Origin: Ktedonobacterales bacterium
GTDB taxonomy: Bacteria > Chloroflexota > Ktedonobacteria > Ktedonobacterales > JADMIN01
DNA: 32,000 nucleotides
Direction of reading: 5' to 3'
Assembly: GCA_030167145.1 (NCBI GenBank)
Contig: CP126532.1
Span: 1,380,001-1,412,000, forward strand
Below are positions 8,286-17,667 of the stretch, in pieces. Numbering within the stretch: position 1 is the stretch's first letter; the number at the start of each line of letters is the position of its first letter. A program made the translations under genes and the position numbers. The notes under the pieces are model-generated. The model was not told the DNA's origin, searched no databases, and saw only the letters and a program-made list of their open reading frames with translations.

Positions 8286-8816
8286 GATGCAAGCTCCTCC
8301 CGCACAGCGCGCGACCACGAGAACTGGCAGCGAGATTGCTGGCTTCAGCGGTCAGCCGCAACGGCACAATTGTACGGAATTGTAGCACGCGCCATGGCGA
8401 CTTCATCCACTACGGTAGTCGTGGGGGCGCGGCGGCATGCTCTCCGGGCGCGGTCGCAAGCGCACGCTGTTTCCAATCGCCCATGTCAATTTTCGCGCTT
8501 GCTGCCTCGCCTGCATCCAAATGGGAGGTTCATGCGTAGAGATGATACGCGCATATTGGCGCGCTCGCTTGTATGTTGTTAGACGATTTTAATCTGGCGC
8601 GTGTACGATAGTTACGATAGGTGAGAAGATGCGCCCGGACCAGGAATGGCCCGCGCATCACCCAGGAATGCACAGATGGATGCGTGTATCGGTTAACGAT
8701 AGGCTATAATACAACTACAACTCGCCCAGCCGTAGCAACGGTTCGGGTGGGTAGCCAGGGCGCGGCTTCCCTGGATGGCGCTGCGCCTCCGCGCGAGAAA
8801 GCAGGTACTTCGCACA

Positions 8817-10964
8817 ATGTTTGGCTCAAACACTCACCGGGCGCAACGGCAACGCGACCCGCGCGACGGCAAGCCCGCCGCGCCCGCTGCCGATGTGCTC
8901 CGCAATAATGGTGGCCCGCCCAGCCCGCCGCCGGGCGGCGGCCCCGACCGTCCGCAGCGCCCCGGACCCAACGGCGCTGGTCAGCCGCGTGGCAGCGGCG
9001 CTGGCTGGATTTCACGGCTGGTGCTGCTCTTGCTGTTGGGCGTGCTGATCTATAACGTCGTCATCTGGTGGAATCCCACGAACAGCAGCCAGGTGCTCGA
9101 TCTGCCGTATAGCACATTCGTGACGCAGGTGCAAGATGGCGATGTGCAATCGGCCAAGATTACCGATAATACCAACATCACCGGCACGCTGAAGCAGAAA
9201 GAGACCGTCGGCGGCGTCACCTCGGATCAATTCAAGACCGTCTATCCGTATAAGGACGACAACCAGTTACAAACGCTCTTGACCACGAATGGGGTGCAGA
9301 CGACCGGCGCGTATTCCGACCAGAATAACCTGCTGCTGAGCATCCTGATCAACTTCGTGCCGATTCTGCTGATTATTCTGCTCTTCGTGTGGCTAATGCG
9401 CCGCGCGGCCCAGAATCAGCAGAACATCTTCAGCTTTGGCCGCAGCCGCGCCAAGCTGATTATGGAAGACCGGCCCAGCACGACCTTCGCCGACATCGCG
9501 GGCGTGGATGAGGCGAAATCGGAGCTGGAAGAGGTGGTCGAGTTCCTCAAGACGCCGGGCAAGTTCCAGCGACTGGGCGGCAAGATTCCCAAGGGCTGCC
9601 TGCTGGTTGGCCCGCCGGGGACCGGCAAGACGCTGCTGGCGCGCGCCGTCGCGGGCGAGGCGGGCGTGCCGTTCTTCTCGATGTCCGGCTCGGAGTTTGT
9701 AGAGGTGTTGGTCGGTGTCGGCGCCAGTCGCGTGCGCGATCTCTTCGATCAGGCGAAGAAGGCGTCGCCGAGCATCATCTTCATTGACGAAATTGACGCG
9801 GTGGGCCGCCAGCGCGGCACCAGCCTGACGACGAATGACGAGCGCGAGCAGACGCTGAACCAGTTGCTCGTCGAGATGGACGGCTTCGATGCTCGGCAGG
9901 CGGTGGTCGTCATTGCCGCCACCAACCGCCCGGACGGTCTGGATCAGGCGCTGCTGCGCCCTGGCCGCTTCGACCGGCGAGTGACGGTGGATCGCCCGGA
10001 CTGGAAGGGCCGTCAGGCGATTCTGATGATCCACGCGCGGGGTGTGCCGCTCTCGCCGGATGTGGACTTGCAGCAGATCGCGCGCATGACCACCGGCATG
10101 GTGGGCGCGGACCTGGCCAACCTCGTCAACGAGGCGGCGCTGCTGGCGGCGCGGCGCAACCTGGAGCGCGTGAACATGCAGTGCTTCCTGGATGCGCTGG
10201 ACCGCATCCAGCTTGGCGCGGAGCGCCCGCTGGTGCTGAGCGAAGAAGACCTGCGCGTGGTGGCGCTGCACGAGGCGGGGCATGCGCTGGTCGGCTTGCT
10301 GACGCCGCACTCGGATCCGGTGACCAAGGTGACGATTGTGCCGCGTGGGCAGGCGCTCGGCGTGACGCAGTACACGCCGCTGGACGACCGCTACAACTAC
10401 TCGCGCGACTATCTCTTCGGGCGCATTATGACGGCGCTCGGTGGGCGCGCGGCGGAAGATGTGGTGCTGGGCAGCATCACCACCGGCGCGGAGAATGATC
10501 TGCAACAGGTGACGCTGATCGCGCGGAACATGGTAGCGCGCTGGGGCATGAGCAGCCGTATCGGTCTGCTCTCGTTCAGCGACCGCCCTAATCCGTTCAC
10601 AGGTAGCGGTGAGTTCGGGCAGCGCGAGTATAGCGAGGCGACCGCCGCCGTGATTGACGACGAGACGCGGGATATGGTGCAGCTTGCCTACCAGAAGGTG
10701 CGCGAGATGCTCACCGACCACAAGGCGACGCTAGAGCGCATCGGCCAGGAACTGCGGCGGCATGAGACGCTGGACGCGCGGCAGCTTGCGCAGATCCTGA
10801 CGGAGACGGGTGTGAGCCTGGCGGAGGTCGCGCCGACACCCAACGCCGAGACCATTGGCCTCAGCCCGGAGCCTGCCGGCGATGGCGCGACGATTCCGAG
10901 CGCCAATACGACGCCGCTGCCTGGCTCGTTCCCGAACGGGCTGGGCGGGCCGCTGGGCAACTAG
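8817..10964 (+). CDS. ftsH: ATP-dependent zinc metalloprotease FtsH
   Basis: Two TM helices, Walker A GPPGTGKT, Walker [32 protein letters not shown], and the zinc site HEAGHA. The start is uncertain (8775 or 8817). Confidence 0.95.
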   Translation: MFGSNTHRAQRQRDPRDGKPAAPAADVLRNNGGPPSPPPGGGPDRPQRPGPNGAGQPRGSGAGWISRLVLLLLLGVLIYNVVIWWNPTNSSQVLDLPYSTFVTQVQDGDVQSAKITDNTNITGTLKQKETVGGVTSDQFKTVYPYKDDNQLQTLLTTNGVQTTGAYSDQNNLLLSILINFVPILLIILLFVWLMRRAAQNQQNIFSFGRSRAKLIMEDRPSTTFADIAGVDEAKSELEEVVEFLKTPGKFQRLGGKIPKGCLLVGPPGTGKTLLARAVAGEAGVPFFSMSGSEFVEVLVGVGASRVRDLFDQAKKASPSIIFIDEIDAVGRQRGTSLTTNDEREQTLNQLLVEMDGFDARQAVVVIAATNRPDGLDQALLRPGRFDRRVTVDRPDWKGRQAILMIHARGVPLSPDVDLQQIARMTTGMVGADLANLVNEAALLAARRNLERVNMQCFLDALDRIQLGAERPLVLSEEDLRVVALHEAGHALVGLLTPHSDPVTKVTIVPRGQALGVTQYTPLDDRYNYSRDYLFGRIMTALGGRAAEDVVLGSITTGAENDLQQVTLIARNMVARWGMSSRIGLLSFSDRPNPFTGSGEFGQREYSEATAAVIDDETRDMVQLAYQKVREMLTDHKATLERIGQELRRHETLDARQLAQILTETGVSLAEVAPTPNAETIGLSPEPAGDGATIPSANTTPLPGSFPNGLGGPLGN

Positions 10965-10975
10965 CGCACGGCGCA

Positions 10976-11040
10976 GACGACAACACGAGACAGAGCGAGC
11001 GGGCCGGATGTCACTATGATGTCCGGTCCGCTTGTGTTGT
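10976..11040 (+). terminator. Long imperfect hairpin after ftsH
   Basis: GACAACACGAG...GCGGGCCGG pairs with CCGGTCCGC-TTGTGTTGTC, with an internal bulge. It starts 12 nt after the ftsH stop. Confidence 0.35.
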
Positions 11041-11186
11041 CTGGCTATGGCACAGTGGTTGCGATAGCGAGCGTATGCGCTGGCGGCAATGATTTCGCCC
11101 GATGAGCGGCGGATTCCCGATACCCCATGGGAGTGAGGCGCTGGCGTAAAGGAACGGGTCACTTCATTCATGGAGGAAACGTCATT

Positions 11187-11861
11187 ATGCGCGCACTCGA
11201 AGGGCTGGATACACACGCCCCGACCCAGATTCCTGAACCGCCAGTCTCGCGCTTTCTCTTTGCCGACACGCGCATGGCCTGGTTCTGGCTGCTGCTGCGG
11301 CTGTACGCGGGCTATGAGTGGTTCACTGCTGGTTTCGAGAAGGTCTTTGGCACCAGCATCAATTTCGGCTCCTTCGGCGAGAAATCTAGTTCGTGGATTT
11401 TCACCAGCACGCCGGGCACGGCACTTCAGGGCTTCGTGCGAAGCGCGTTGGGTAAGGCCGGTGGTGATCACCCCTCGGTTTCGGGGTGGTATGCCTGGTT
11501 CTTGCAGAATGTGGTGCTGCCCAATGCGGGCGTTTTTGCCTATCTGATCGCTTTTGGTGAGCTACTCGTCGGCCTAGGTCTGCTGGTGGGCGCGCTCACG
11601 GGCATTGCGGCCTTCTTCGGCGTCGTGATGAACTTCAACTATCTGCTCGCAGGCACGGTGAGCATCAATCCGCTGCTCGCCATCGTGGGATTGCTGATTA
11701 TGATGGCATGGCGTGTGGCGGGCTATTACGGCCTGGATCGCTATCTGCTGCCGCTGCTGGGCACGCCGTGGTGGTCTGGCAGCCTGGCGCGGCGGACAGC
11801 GACGAAACGCAATAGCCAGGAGCCGCCAGAGCAAAGCACGGCCGGCACGGCGCCAGCATAA
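11187..11861 (+). CDS. DoxX/DoxD-like family membrane protein
   Basis: GGAGGAA RBS before the ATG at 11187. Four or five TM helices with the N-terminal motif WFWLLLRLYAGYEWFTAGFEK, typical of the DoxX family. Confidence 0.75.
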   Translation: MRALEGLDTHAPTQIPEPPVSRFLFADTRMAWFWLLLRLYAGYEWFTAGFEKVFGTSINFGSFGEKSSSWIFTSTPGTALQGFVRSALGKAGGDHPSVSGWYAWFLQNVVLPNAGVFAYLIAFGELLVGLGLLVGALTGIAAFFGVVMNFNYLLAGTVSINPLLAIVGLLIMMAWRVAGYYGLDRYLLPLLGTPWWSGSLARRTATKRNSQEPPEQSTAGTAPA

Positions 11862-11866
11862 GGAAA

Positions 11867-11896
11867 CGCCTCCTTTCCAGCATTGGAGAGGAGGCG
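11867..11896. terminator. Strong hairpin between convergent genes, likely a bidirectional terminator
   Basis: CGCCTCCTTTCCA-GCAT-TGGAGAGGAGGCG: 13-bp stem with one mismatch. It lies between the DoxX stop (11861) and the aldehyde dehydrogenase stop (11918). Confidence 0.6.
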
Positions 11897-11917
11897 CATA
11901 GACGGGCGAAGCGATGG

Positions 11918-13444
11918 TTATTCGGCGTCGCCGAAGATGGTGTAGTGCCAGGGTTTGCGCTGCGCGCCGGTGTTGTCGAACATGACGTGCTTGATCTGGG
12001 TGTAGTCGTCAATCGCGTAGAGCGACATGTCTTTGCCAAAGCCGCTCTGCTTGAAGCCGCCGTGGGGCATCTCGCCGGTGAGCGGCAGGTGATCGTTGAC
12101 CCAGACGGTGCCGAACTGCAACGCGGCGCTGGTGCGCATGGCGCGCTGCGTGTTGCCGGTCCAGACGGAGCCAGCCAGCGCGTAGCGCACGGCGTTGGCG
12201 CGGGCGATGACCTCATCCTCGCTGGAGAAGGGCAGCACGACGATGACCGGGCCAAAGATTTCGTCGGTGACGACGGGCGCATCGTCGGCGACGCGGGTGA
12301 TGATGGTCGGCTCGTAGAAGAAGCCGTTCTCCATGCCAGGCACGGTGGCGCGCTTGCCGCCGGTGAGGAACGCGCCCTTGCCCTTCGCGGAATTGACAAG
12401 CATCTCCACGCGCTCTAGCTGGGCGGCGGAGACCAATGGTCCCATATCGGTCTTCTCGGAGGCAGGATCGCCAACGCGAATCTGGCCGACGAGTTCGAGG
12501 AGGCGCTTCACGAAGGTGTCGTAGACGCTCTCCTGCACGTAGATGCGGGTCGCGGCGGTGCAGTCCTGGCCAGTGTTGACGAAGCCGCCGACCACCGCGC
12601 CCTGGGCCGCTGCTTCGAGATCGGCATCGTTGAAGACGATGAACGGAGCCTTGCCGCCAAGCTCCATATGCACACGCTTGAGCGTATCCGCCGCCGCTTT
12701 GGTTATGGCCTTGCCGGTTTCGGTCGCGCCGGTCAGCGAGATCAGGCGGACATCGGGGTGCGCGACGAGCGCCTTGCCCACATCATCGCCGCCGGTAACG
12801 ATGTTGAGCACGCCCGCAGGCAGCCCGGCTTCCTGGGCGAGCACACCCAGCGCCAGCGTTGTCAGCGGGGTTTCGGGCGCGGGCTTCAGCACCACGGTAT
12901 TGCCCGCCGCCAGCGCGGGACCGATCTTCCACATCGCCATCATCAGCGGGTAGTTCCACGGGGCAAGCTGCCCGCAGACGCCAATCGGCTCGCGGCGAAT
13001 CATACTGGTGTAGCCGGGCACGTACTCGTGTGACGCGCGGCCATCCAGGGTGCGCGCCGCGCCCGCGAAGAAGCGCAGGCAGTCAATGGCAAAGGGCAGG
13101 TCGCTATCGTGGGCGAGCTTGATCGGCTTGCCGACGTTGCGCGACTCCATCGCCGCGAGGTCGTCGAGGTGCTGCTCTAGCGTGTCGGCCAGCTTGTAGA
13201 GTGCGGCGGAGCGTGCGCTCGGCCCGATGCCAGACCAGCGGCCATCCTCGAAGGCAGCTTTGGCGGCTGCGACGGCGCGGGTCACATCCTCCACACCGCA
13301 TTCGGGAACCACATCCGCATCCGCGCCGGTGGCGGGATTGGTGAGGGTATAGTGTCCCTTGCCCGCAGGCTCGACCAGCTTGCCGTCAAGCAGCACGCGG
13401 TCCGTCGTCAATGTTTTCAGCGCCATGTGGGCTGTTCCTTTCAT
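11918..13444 (-). CDS. NAD(P)-dependent aldehyde dehydrogenase (aminobutyraldehyde/betaine-aldehyde dehydrogenase-like)
   Basis: ALDH family hallmarks: PWNYPL, catalytic Glu motif ELGGKAP, catalytic Cys region FVNTGQDCTAATR, and the PFGG-like GGFKQSGFG. An alternative start (MALKTL) lies at 13426. Confidence 0.95.
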   Translation of the reverse strand: MKGTAHMALKTLTTDRVLLDGKLVEPAGKGHYTLTNPATGADADVVPECGVEDVTRAVAAAKAAFEDGRWSGIGPSARSAALYKLADTLEQHLDDLAAMESRNVGKPIKLAHDSDLPFAIDCLRFFAGAARTLDGRASHEYVPGYTSMIRREPIGVCGQLAPWNYPLMMAMWKIGPALAAGNTVVLKPAPETPLTTLALGVLAQEAGLPAGVLNIVTGGDDVGKALVAHPDVRLISLTGATETGKAITKAAADTLKRVHMELGGKAPFIVFNDADLEAAAQGAVVGGFVNTGQDCTAATRIYVQESVYDTFVKRLLELVGQIRVGDPASEKTDMGPLVSAAQLERVEMLVNSAKGKGAFLTGGKRATVPGMENGFFYEPTIITRVADDAPVVTDEIFGPVIVVLPFSSEDEVIARANAVRYALAGSVWTGNTQRAMRTSAALQFGTVWVNDHLPLTGEMPHGGFKQSGFGKDMSLYAIDDYTQIKHVMFDNTGAQRKPWHYTIFGDAE

Positions 13445-13466
13445 CTTGTCGTGTCATCTTGTCGTG
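13441..13466. repeat. Perfect 13-bp tandem duplication (TCATCTTGTCGTG x2) overlapping the aldehyde dehydrogenase start codon
   Basis: Read directly: 13441-13453 equals 13454-13466. Confidence 0.9.
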
Positions 13467-13613
13467 CCCAGGCTCATCGTCGCCGCGTTGGGGAGATGGA
13501 GTCAGGGGAAACTGGCTGAAGTATATGGCTGCCATCGTGGCGCCTCAAGTCTTGTGCCACGCGCGGCTGGCCAGACTTCATTGGCCACGGTGGCCAGCAG
13601 GTCATTGTACAGG

Positions 13614-15263
13614 TCATTCTGCCGCATAGCTGATGCGCATGCGATGCAGCAGCAGCGCCGCGCGCAGGTTGAGCTTGCAGAGCGGGTCATCCAGGTCGAG
13701 ACCACAGATTTCGCCAATGCGCTGCAAGCGATATTTCAAGGTGTGACGGTGGATATAGAGTTTCTGCGCCGCCTGCACGCCGTTGCCATCGTGTTCCAGA
13801 AAGACATCCAGCGTATGGACAAGCTGGCCGTTGTGGGTGCGGTCGTGCTCCACGAGTCGCTGCAAGAGCCGCGCGTAGGAGTTCTCGGTGAGCAGATTGG
13901 GTGGCAGGGCGTGCAGCCAGTGCAGAATGCCCAGTTCGTCGAAGTGGGCCACCTGGCGTTGCATGCCGAGGGCGGGTAGCAGCGCCAGCGCTTCGAGCGC
14001 CTGCTCGTAGGCGGTGTTCAGTGACGCTGCCGATGGGTGCAGGGAGCTGGCGCCAATGCGTATCGGGGCGTCGAGGGCGCTGGCCGCTGCCAGTAGGTGC
14101 TGGCAGAAACCTTCTAGCTGCTCGCGCCGGCTGCATTCGACCAGCATCACCACGCGTCCAGCGCGCTCGCCGACCGCCAGCGCCACACCCTGGGAGCGTG
14201 CGGCGCTGCGCGCCGCCGATTCCACCGAGCGCGGGTCGTTTTCGGCAGGATCCACCACGACGACGGCATGCGGCGCTTCGAGCCGCAGGTGGAACTGCGC
14301 CATCTGCTCGCGCAGCGCATTATCCAGCCGCGCATCGTCGGTGAGAAGCCTGCTGATAACCTGCCGCTCGGCGCGCTCGTGGGCCTGGTGCGCGGTCTGA
14401 TCGCGGAAGAGCACCAGCGCGGCGACGGTAGCGGCGTGCTCAATCGCGTGGAAGTCCAGTGGCTCCAGGTCGCGGGTGCCAGCGATGATCCAGACGTAGC
14501 CATAGACTTTGCGCGCAACGACGATGGGGGCGAGGATGCGCGCTTTGCTCATACCGAGGGCGCGGGTCTCGTCGGTCACGTCAATGCGTTCGGCAAGCAA
14601 GGTGGAGCGGGCGCGAGCCAGAATGCCGCTCTTGCGGAGATATTCGAGGATACGCGGCGAGCTGCGCCCTTCGCGGATGGCGCTGCGGCGGGTTTCGTCC
14701 ACCTCTGCGCCGGGGCCAGAGGCTTCGGCAAGGACAGTGAAGGAGAGGTCGTCAATCTCGACGGGGCAGCGCAGCAGCGTACACAGTTCGCGGGCGACAT
14801 CTTGCAGGCTGCCGCCATCCAGCACGAGGCGGGTGAGGGTGCGGTGGATGGCGAGGGATTGTTTATAGAGGAGATATTGGTCGTTGAGGCTATGCTCAGA
14901 GACGACACGCACCACATCCTCGAAGGCGATGCGCCAGGGCAGCTCGATGATGGGGAAGTGTTTGGCGTCTGCCGCCGCCCGCACCGCTTCGGCCACATGG
15001 TCCACATACTTGCCGGTGGCGACAATCATGCCCGCCAGGTTTTTTTCGGCAAGTTGTTCGCAGAGGGCGACCTGGGCCTGCACATCGTCGCGCAGGCCAT
15101 AGAACGTGGTAAGCAGGAGTTCGCCGGGGCGCACCCATTCGCCCGCCTGGGGAATATCCACCACCGCTGCCCATAACACCTCGCGTTCCGCGCCGGATTT
15201 CCCGGCGACAAGCTGGCCGTCGGCCATCGGCTGGAGCGCGAGCAGTTGGTGTACGGTGAGCAT
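13614..15263 (-). CDS. PucR/CdaR-family transcriptional regulator
   Basis: N-terminal PucR-like domain (MLTVHQLLAL..., LVAGKSG), central GGDEF-like region, and a C-terminal PucR HTH (LDVFLEHDGNGVQAAQKLYIHRHTLKYRLQRIGEI). Confidence 0.9.
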   Translation of the reverse strand: MLTVHQLLALQPMADGQLVAGKSGAEREVLWAAVVDIPQAGEWVRPGELLLTTFYGLRDDVQAQVALCEQLAEKNLAGMIVATGKYVDHVAEAVRAAADAKHFPIIELPWRIAFEDVVRVVSEHSLNDQYLLYKQSLAIHRTLTRLVLDGGSLQDVARELCTLLRCPVEIDDLSFTVLAEASGPGAEVDETRRSAIREGRSSPRILEYLRKSGILARARSTLLAERIDVTDETRALGMSKARILAPIVVARKVYGYVWIIAGTRDLEPLDFHAIEHAATVAALVLFRDQTAHQAHERAERQVISRLLTDDARLDNALREQMAQFHLRLEAPHAVVVVDPAENDPRSVESAARSAARSQGVALAVGERAGRVVMLVECSRREQLEGFCQHLLAAASALDAPIRIGASSLHPSAASLNTAYEQALEALALLPALGMQRQVAHFDELGILHWLHALPPNLLTENSYARLLQRLVEHDRTHNGQLVHTLDVFLEHDGNGVQAAQKLYIHRHTLKYRLQRIGEICGLDLDDPLCKLNLRAALLLHRMRISYAAE

Positions 15264-15515
15264 AGGGAGGTCCTGACATAGTAATCCATATGCGGCGCCT
15301 GCTTATGTGTGGGCAAGTCTGACGCATTTGGACAGATTGTATATATGGGGTAGGGTATCATGCTCAACTGGGGGCGCGCAAGCGTGAAGTGGGATCATGG
15401 CAGGAGGGTGAAGCGGTAAAATGCGCACTTTCCCCGACGTCTTGTCCTTGCGCCACATCGGTGTCATGCGGTGTAATACAGGGTGACAGCGCGGCGGGCG
15501 AAGGGAGAGGGGACG

Positions 15516-16055
15516 ATGAGCAAAGAACACGACCTGCTCGCGCCAGGCATTACCGCCCCCGGCGGTGTCTGGGCGGAGCTTGGCTCTGGCACGGGGGCGT
15601 TCACGCTCGTCTTGCGCGAATTGTTGGGGCCGCAGGCGCAGATCTTCTCAGTGGACCGCGATGCGCACGCACTGGAGAAGCAACGGCAAGCTATGGAGGC
15701 GCAATATCCGGGGACGAAGATCGGTTATATCCAGGGCGATTTCACCAAACCGCTGAAGTTTCCGCCGCTGGATGGCATTCTGATGGCCAACGCGCTGCAC
15801 TTCATCAAGTTCGATGAGCAGTCTGCCGCCTGCCAGCAGATCTGCACGTATCTGCGCCCCGATGGCGGCAAGCTGCTGATCGTCGAGCACGAATCCCGGC
15901 GCGGCAGCCCGTGGGTGCCATATCCGATAGACTACGAATCCTTTCAATATCTCGCCGACGAAGCTGGCCTCTCCGACATCCACCGTCTCGCGATCCAGCC
16001 CGTGCGCTTCCACGGCGACCTCTATTCCGCGATTGGCCTGCGCTTCGCGCAGTAG
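15516..16055 (+). CDS. Class I SAM-dependent methyltransferase
   Basis: GGGAGAGGGG RBS before the ATG at 15516. Motif I is VWAELGSGTGAF and the post-I acidic residue is in FSVDRD. Confidence 0.85.
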   Translation: MSKEHDLLAPGITAPGGVWAELGSGTGAFTLVLRELLGPQAQIFSVDRDAHALEKQRQAMEAQYPGTKIGYIQGDFTKPLKFPPLDGILMANALHFIKFDEQSAACQQICTYLRPDGGKLLIVEHESRRGSPWVPYPIDYESFQYLADEAGLSDIHRLAIQPVRFHGDLYSAIGLRFAQ

Positions 16056-16123
16056 CGCCGTGGCCAGAGCAGCATGTCCGCCACGCTTGACACCGTGCGC
16101 GTCATTACGATACCATGTGCCAT

Positions 16124-16143
16124 ATATTCGATTATTCGAATAT
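16124..16143. promoter_or_regulatory. Perfect palindrome ATATTCGA-TTAT-TCGAATAT, candidate ArsR-family operator; TTGACA -35-like hexamer at 16087-16092
   Basis: 8-bp perfect inverted repeat read directly. It sits immediately 5' of, or overlapping, the candidate start codons of the ArsR gene. Confidence 0.55.
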
Positions 16144-16546
16144 GCGAAAGTTGGTCACAGTAATGATGACGCATGAGCGCGAACACGATCTCTACCGGCT
16201 CCAGGCGGAGCTATGCCAGACTCTGGCCGATCCGACACGGCTGGAAATATTGCGGCTGCTGGAGCATGGCGCGCTGCCGGTGAAGGCGCTGAGCGAGGCG
16301 ACGGGGCAGCGACAAGCAAAGATCAGCCAGCATCTGGCGCTGCTGCGCCAGCGGCAGATCGTGCGCGGCGAGCGTTTCGGCGCCGAGGTGCGCTATTCGC
16401 TGACGGACCCGCGCATTCTGGACGCCTGCCGCATCACCCGCGAGATGCTGCTGGATCAGCTTGCGCGGCAGGGGACGCTGGCGGGGATGGTGGCGACAAC
16501 GAGCGAGACGGTGCGAGGGGGAGTGAACACCGATGCCGATCTATGA
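16142..16546 (+). CDS. ArsR/SmtB-family winged-helix transcriptional regulator
   Basis: LADPTRLEILRLL followed by the HTH region VKALSEATGQRQAKISQHLALLRQRQIV and the wing RYSL. The start is ambiguous (16115, 16142 or 16163). Confidence 0.85.
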   Translation: MRKLVTVMMTHEREHDLYRLQAELCQTLADPTRLEILRLLEHGALPVKALSEATGQRQAKISQHLALLRQRQIVRGERFGAEVRYSLTDPRILDACRITREMLLDQLARQGTLAGMVATTSETVRGGVNTDADL

Positions 16547-16733
16547 ATATCGCTGCGAGGAGTGCGGTGAGCGCTTCGAGCGGCTGGCGCCCATGCGCGA
16601 GGCCGACCAGCCCGCGCCGTGCCCACGCTGTGGCGCAGGCGAGACCCGCAAACAGATGTCAGCCTTCGCGGCGCTAGGGCGGACTGGCAGCGGTGGCAAC
16701 GATGCGCCCGCCTGCGCGCCGGGCGGTGGCTGA
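16533..16733 (+). CDS. FmdB-family zinc-ribbon protein (CxxC...CxxC)
   Basis: MPIYEYRCEECGERFE....CPRCG signature. It overlaps the ArsR gene by 14 nt, which suggests translational coupling. Confidence 0.8.
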   Translation: MPIYEYRCEECGERFERLAPMREADQPAPCPRCGAGETRKQMSAFAALGRTGSGGNDAPACAPGGG

Positions 16734-16820
16734 AGTGTCCGCTTCTGAGGCGGTCGCCTCATCGGATATGAACACGGGATATGGATGCTTGCATGAAAGC
16801 GAGCGAGAAGGATAACGAAG

Positions 16821-17243
16821 ATGTCAGAAGTACCGGCAACCTATGGGTTTGGCGTGACTTTGCCCATCGGCTACAACGAAGCGATCACACGGGTCAAAGG
16901 TGCGCTGAAAGTCGAAGGCTTTGGCGTGCTGACCGAGATTGATGTGCGCCAGACGCTGAATGAGAAGCTCGGCACGGAAATGCCGCCCTACATCATTCTG
17001 GGCGCGTGCAATCCGCACCTGGCGCAGCGCGCGATTGACCAGGAGCCAGAGATTGGGCTGTTGTTGCCGTGCAATGTGGTGGTGCGCGCGCAGGGAGATG
17101 GCAGCCGCGTGGAGATCGTTGACCCCCAGGCAATGCTGGGCATTGTGGGTAGCGCGCAACTCGACGCCGTTGCGAGCGAGGCAGAGCAACGCCTGCGGCG
17201 TGTGGTCGCCGCGCTCGAACGCGAAGGCGCAGCGAAAGACTAA
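16821..17243 (+). CDS. DUF302 domain protein
   Basis: Pattern EGFGVLTEIDV......YIILGACNP....A......IGLLLPCNVVV is characteristic of DUF302. Confidence 0.85.
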   Translation: MSEVPATYGFGVTLPIGYNEAITRVKGALKVEGFGVLTEIDVRQTLNEKLGTEMPPYIILGACNPHLAQRAIDQEPEIGLLLPCNVVVRAQGDGSRVEIVDPQAMLGIVGSAQLDAVASEAEQRLRRVVAALEREGAAKD

Positions 17244-17276
17244 TCAAACGTAGAGCAGAGACGGGAGAACGTACAG

Positions 17277-17612
17277 GTGTTTCGAGGGATATTCGGTGGC
17301 TCTCAAGTGGCGGCTGTGGCGCCAGAAGAGGCAAAAGCGAGGCAGGCGGCAGGGGCGTTGGTGATAGATGTGCGCGAGCCATCGGAGTGGCGCGCGGGGC
17401 ATATCGCGGGCGCGACGCTTATCTCACTCGGCACACTGGCGCAGCGCATGCATGAATTGCCGCGCGACCGTGAGATCGTGGTCGTTTGCCAGAGCGGCGC
17501 CAGAAGCGCCTCCGCTACGCGGGCGTTGCAGGCGGCGGGGTTCACGCGCGTCTATAATCTGAGCGGCGGCATGCTGGCGTGGGCGCGCCAGAAGTTGCCT
17601 ATCGCGCGCTGA
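17277..17612 (+). CDS. Single-domain rhodanese-like sulfurtransferase
   Basis: VIDVREPSEWRAGHI motif and active-site loop CQSGARS. Confidence 0.9.
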   Translation: MFRGIFGGSQVAAVAPEEAKARQAAGALVIDVREPSEWRAGHIAGATLISLGTLAQRMHELPRDREIVVVCQSGARSASATRALQAAGFTRVYNLSGGMLAWARQKLPIAR

Positions 17613-17667
17613 GCGCCTGCGGTAGGTGAGTAGTGCGTGTGGGCGGTGGCAGAGGAGGGGGTGGGCT

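Noticed and set aside
9393-10721. 442-aa ORF on the minus strand
   Set aside because: It lies entirely antisense to ftsH, which has unambiguous AAA+ and HEAGH motifs. Its product is R/H/Q/A-rich low-complexity sequence, typical of antisense frames in high-GC genes.
14268-15176. 302-aa ORF on the plus strand
   Set aside because: It is antisense to the PucR-family regulator, which has clear family motifs.
16115-16546. Direct equivalence of the ArsR regulator to the BigR/SqrR Cys42/Cys108 persulfide sensors
   Set aside because: The two cysteines are present, but one lies before the DPTRL motif rather than after it, and the second is closer to the wing than in BigR. Only a looser analogy is claimed.
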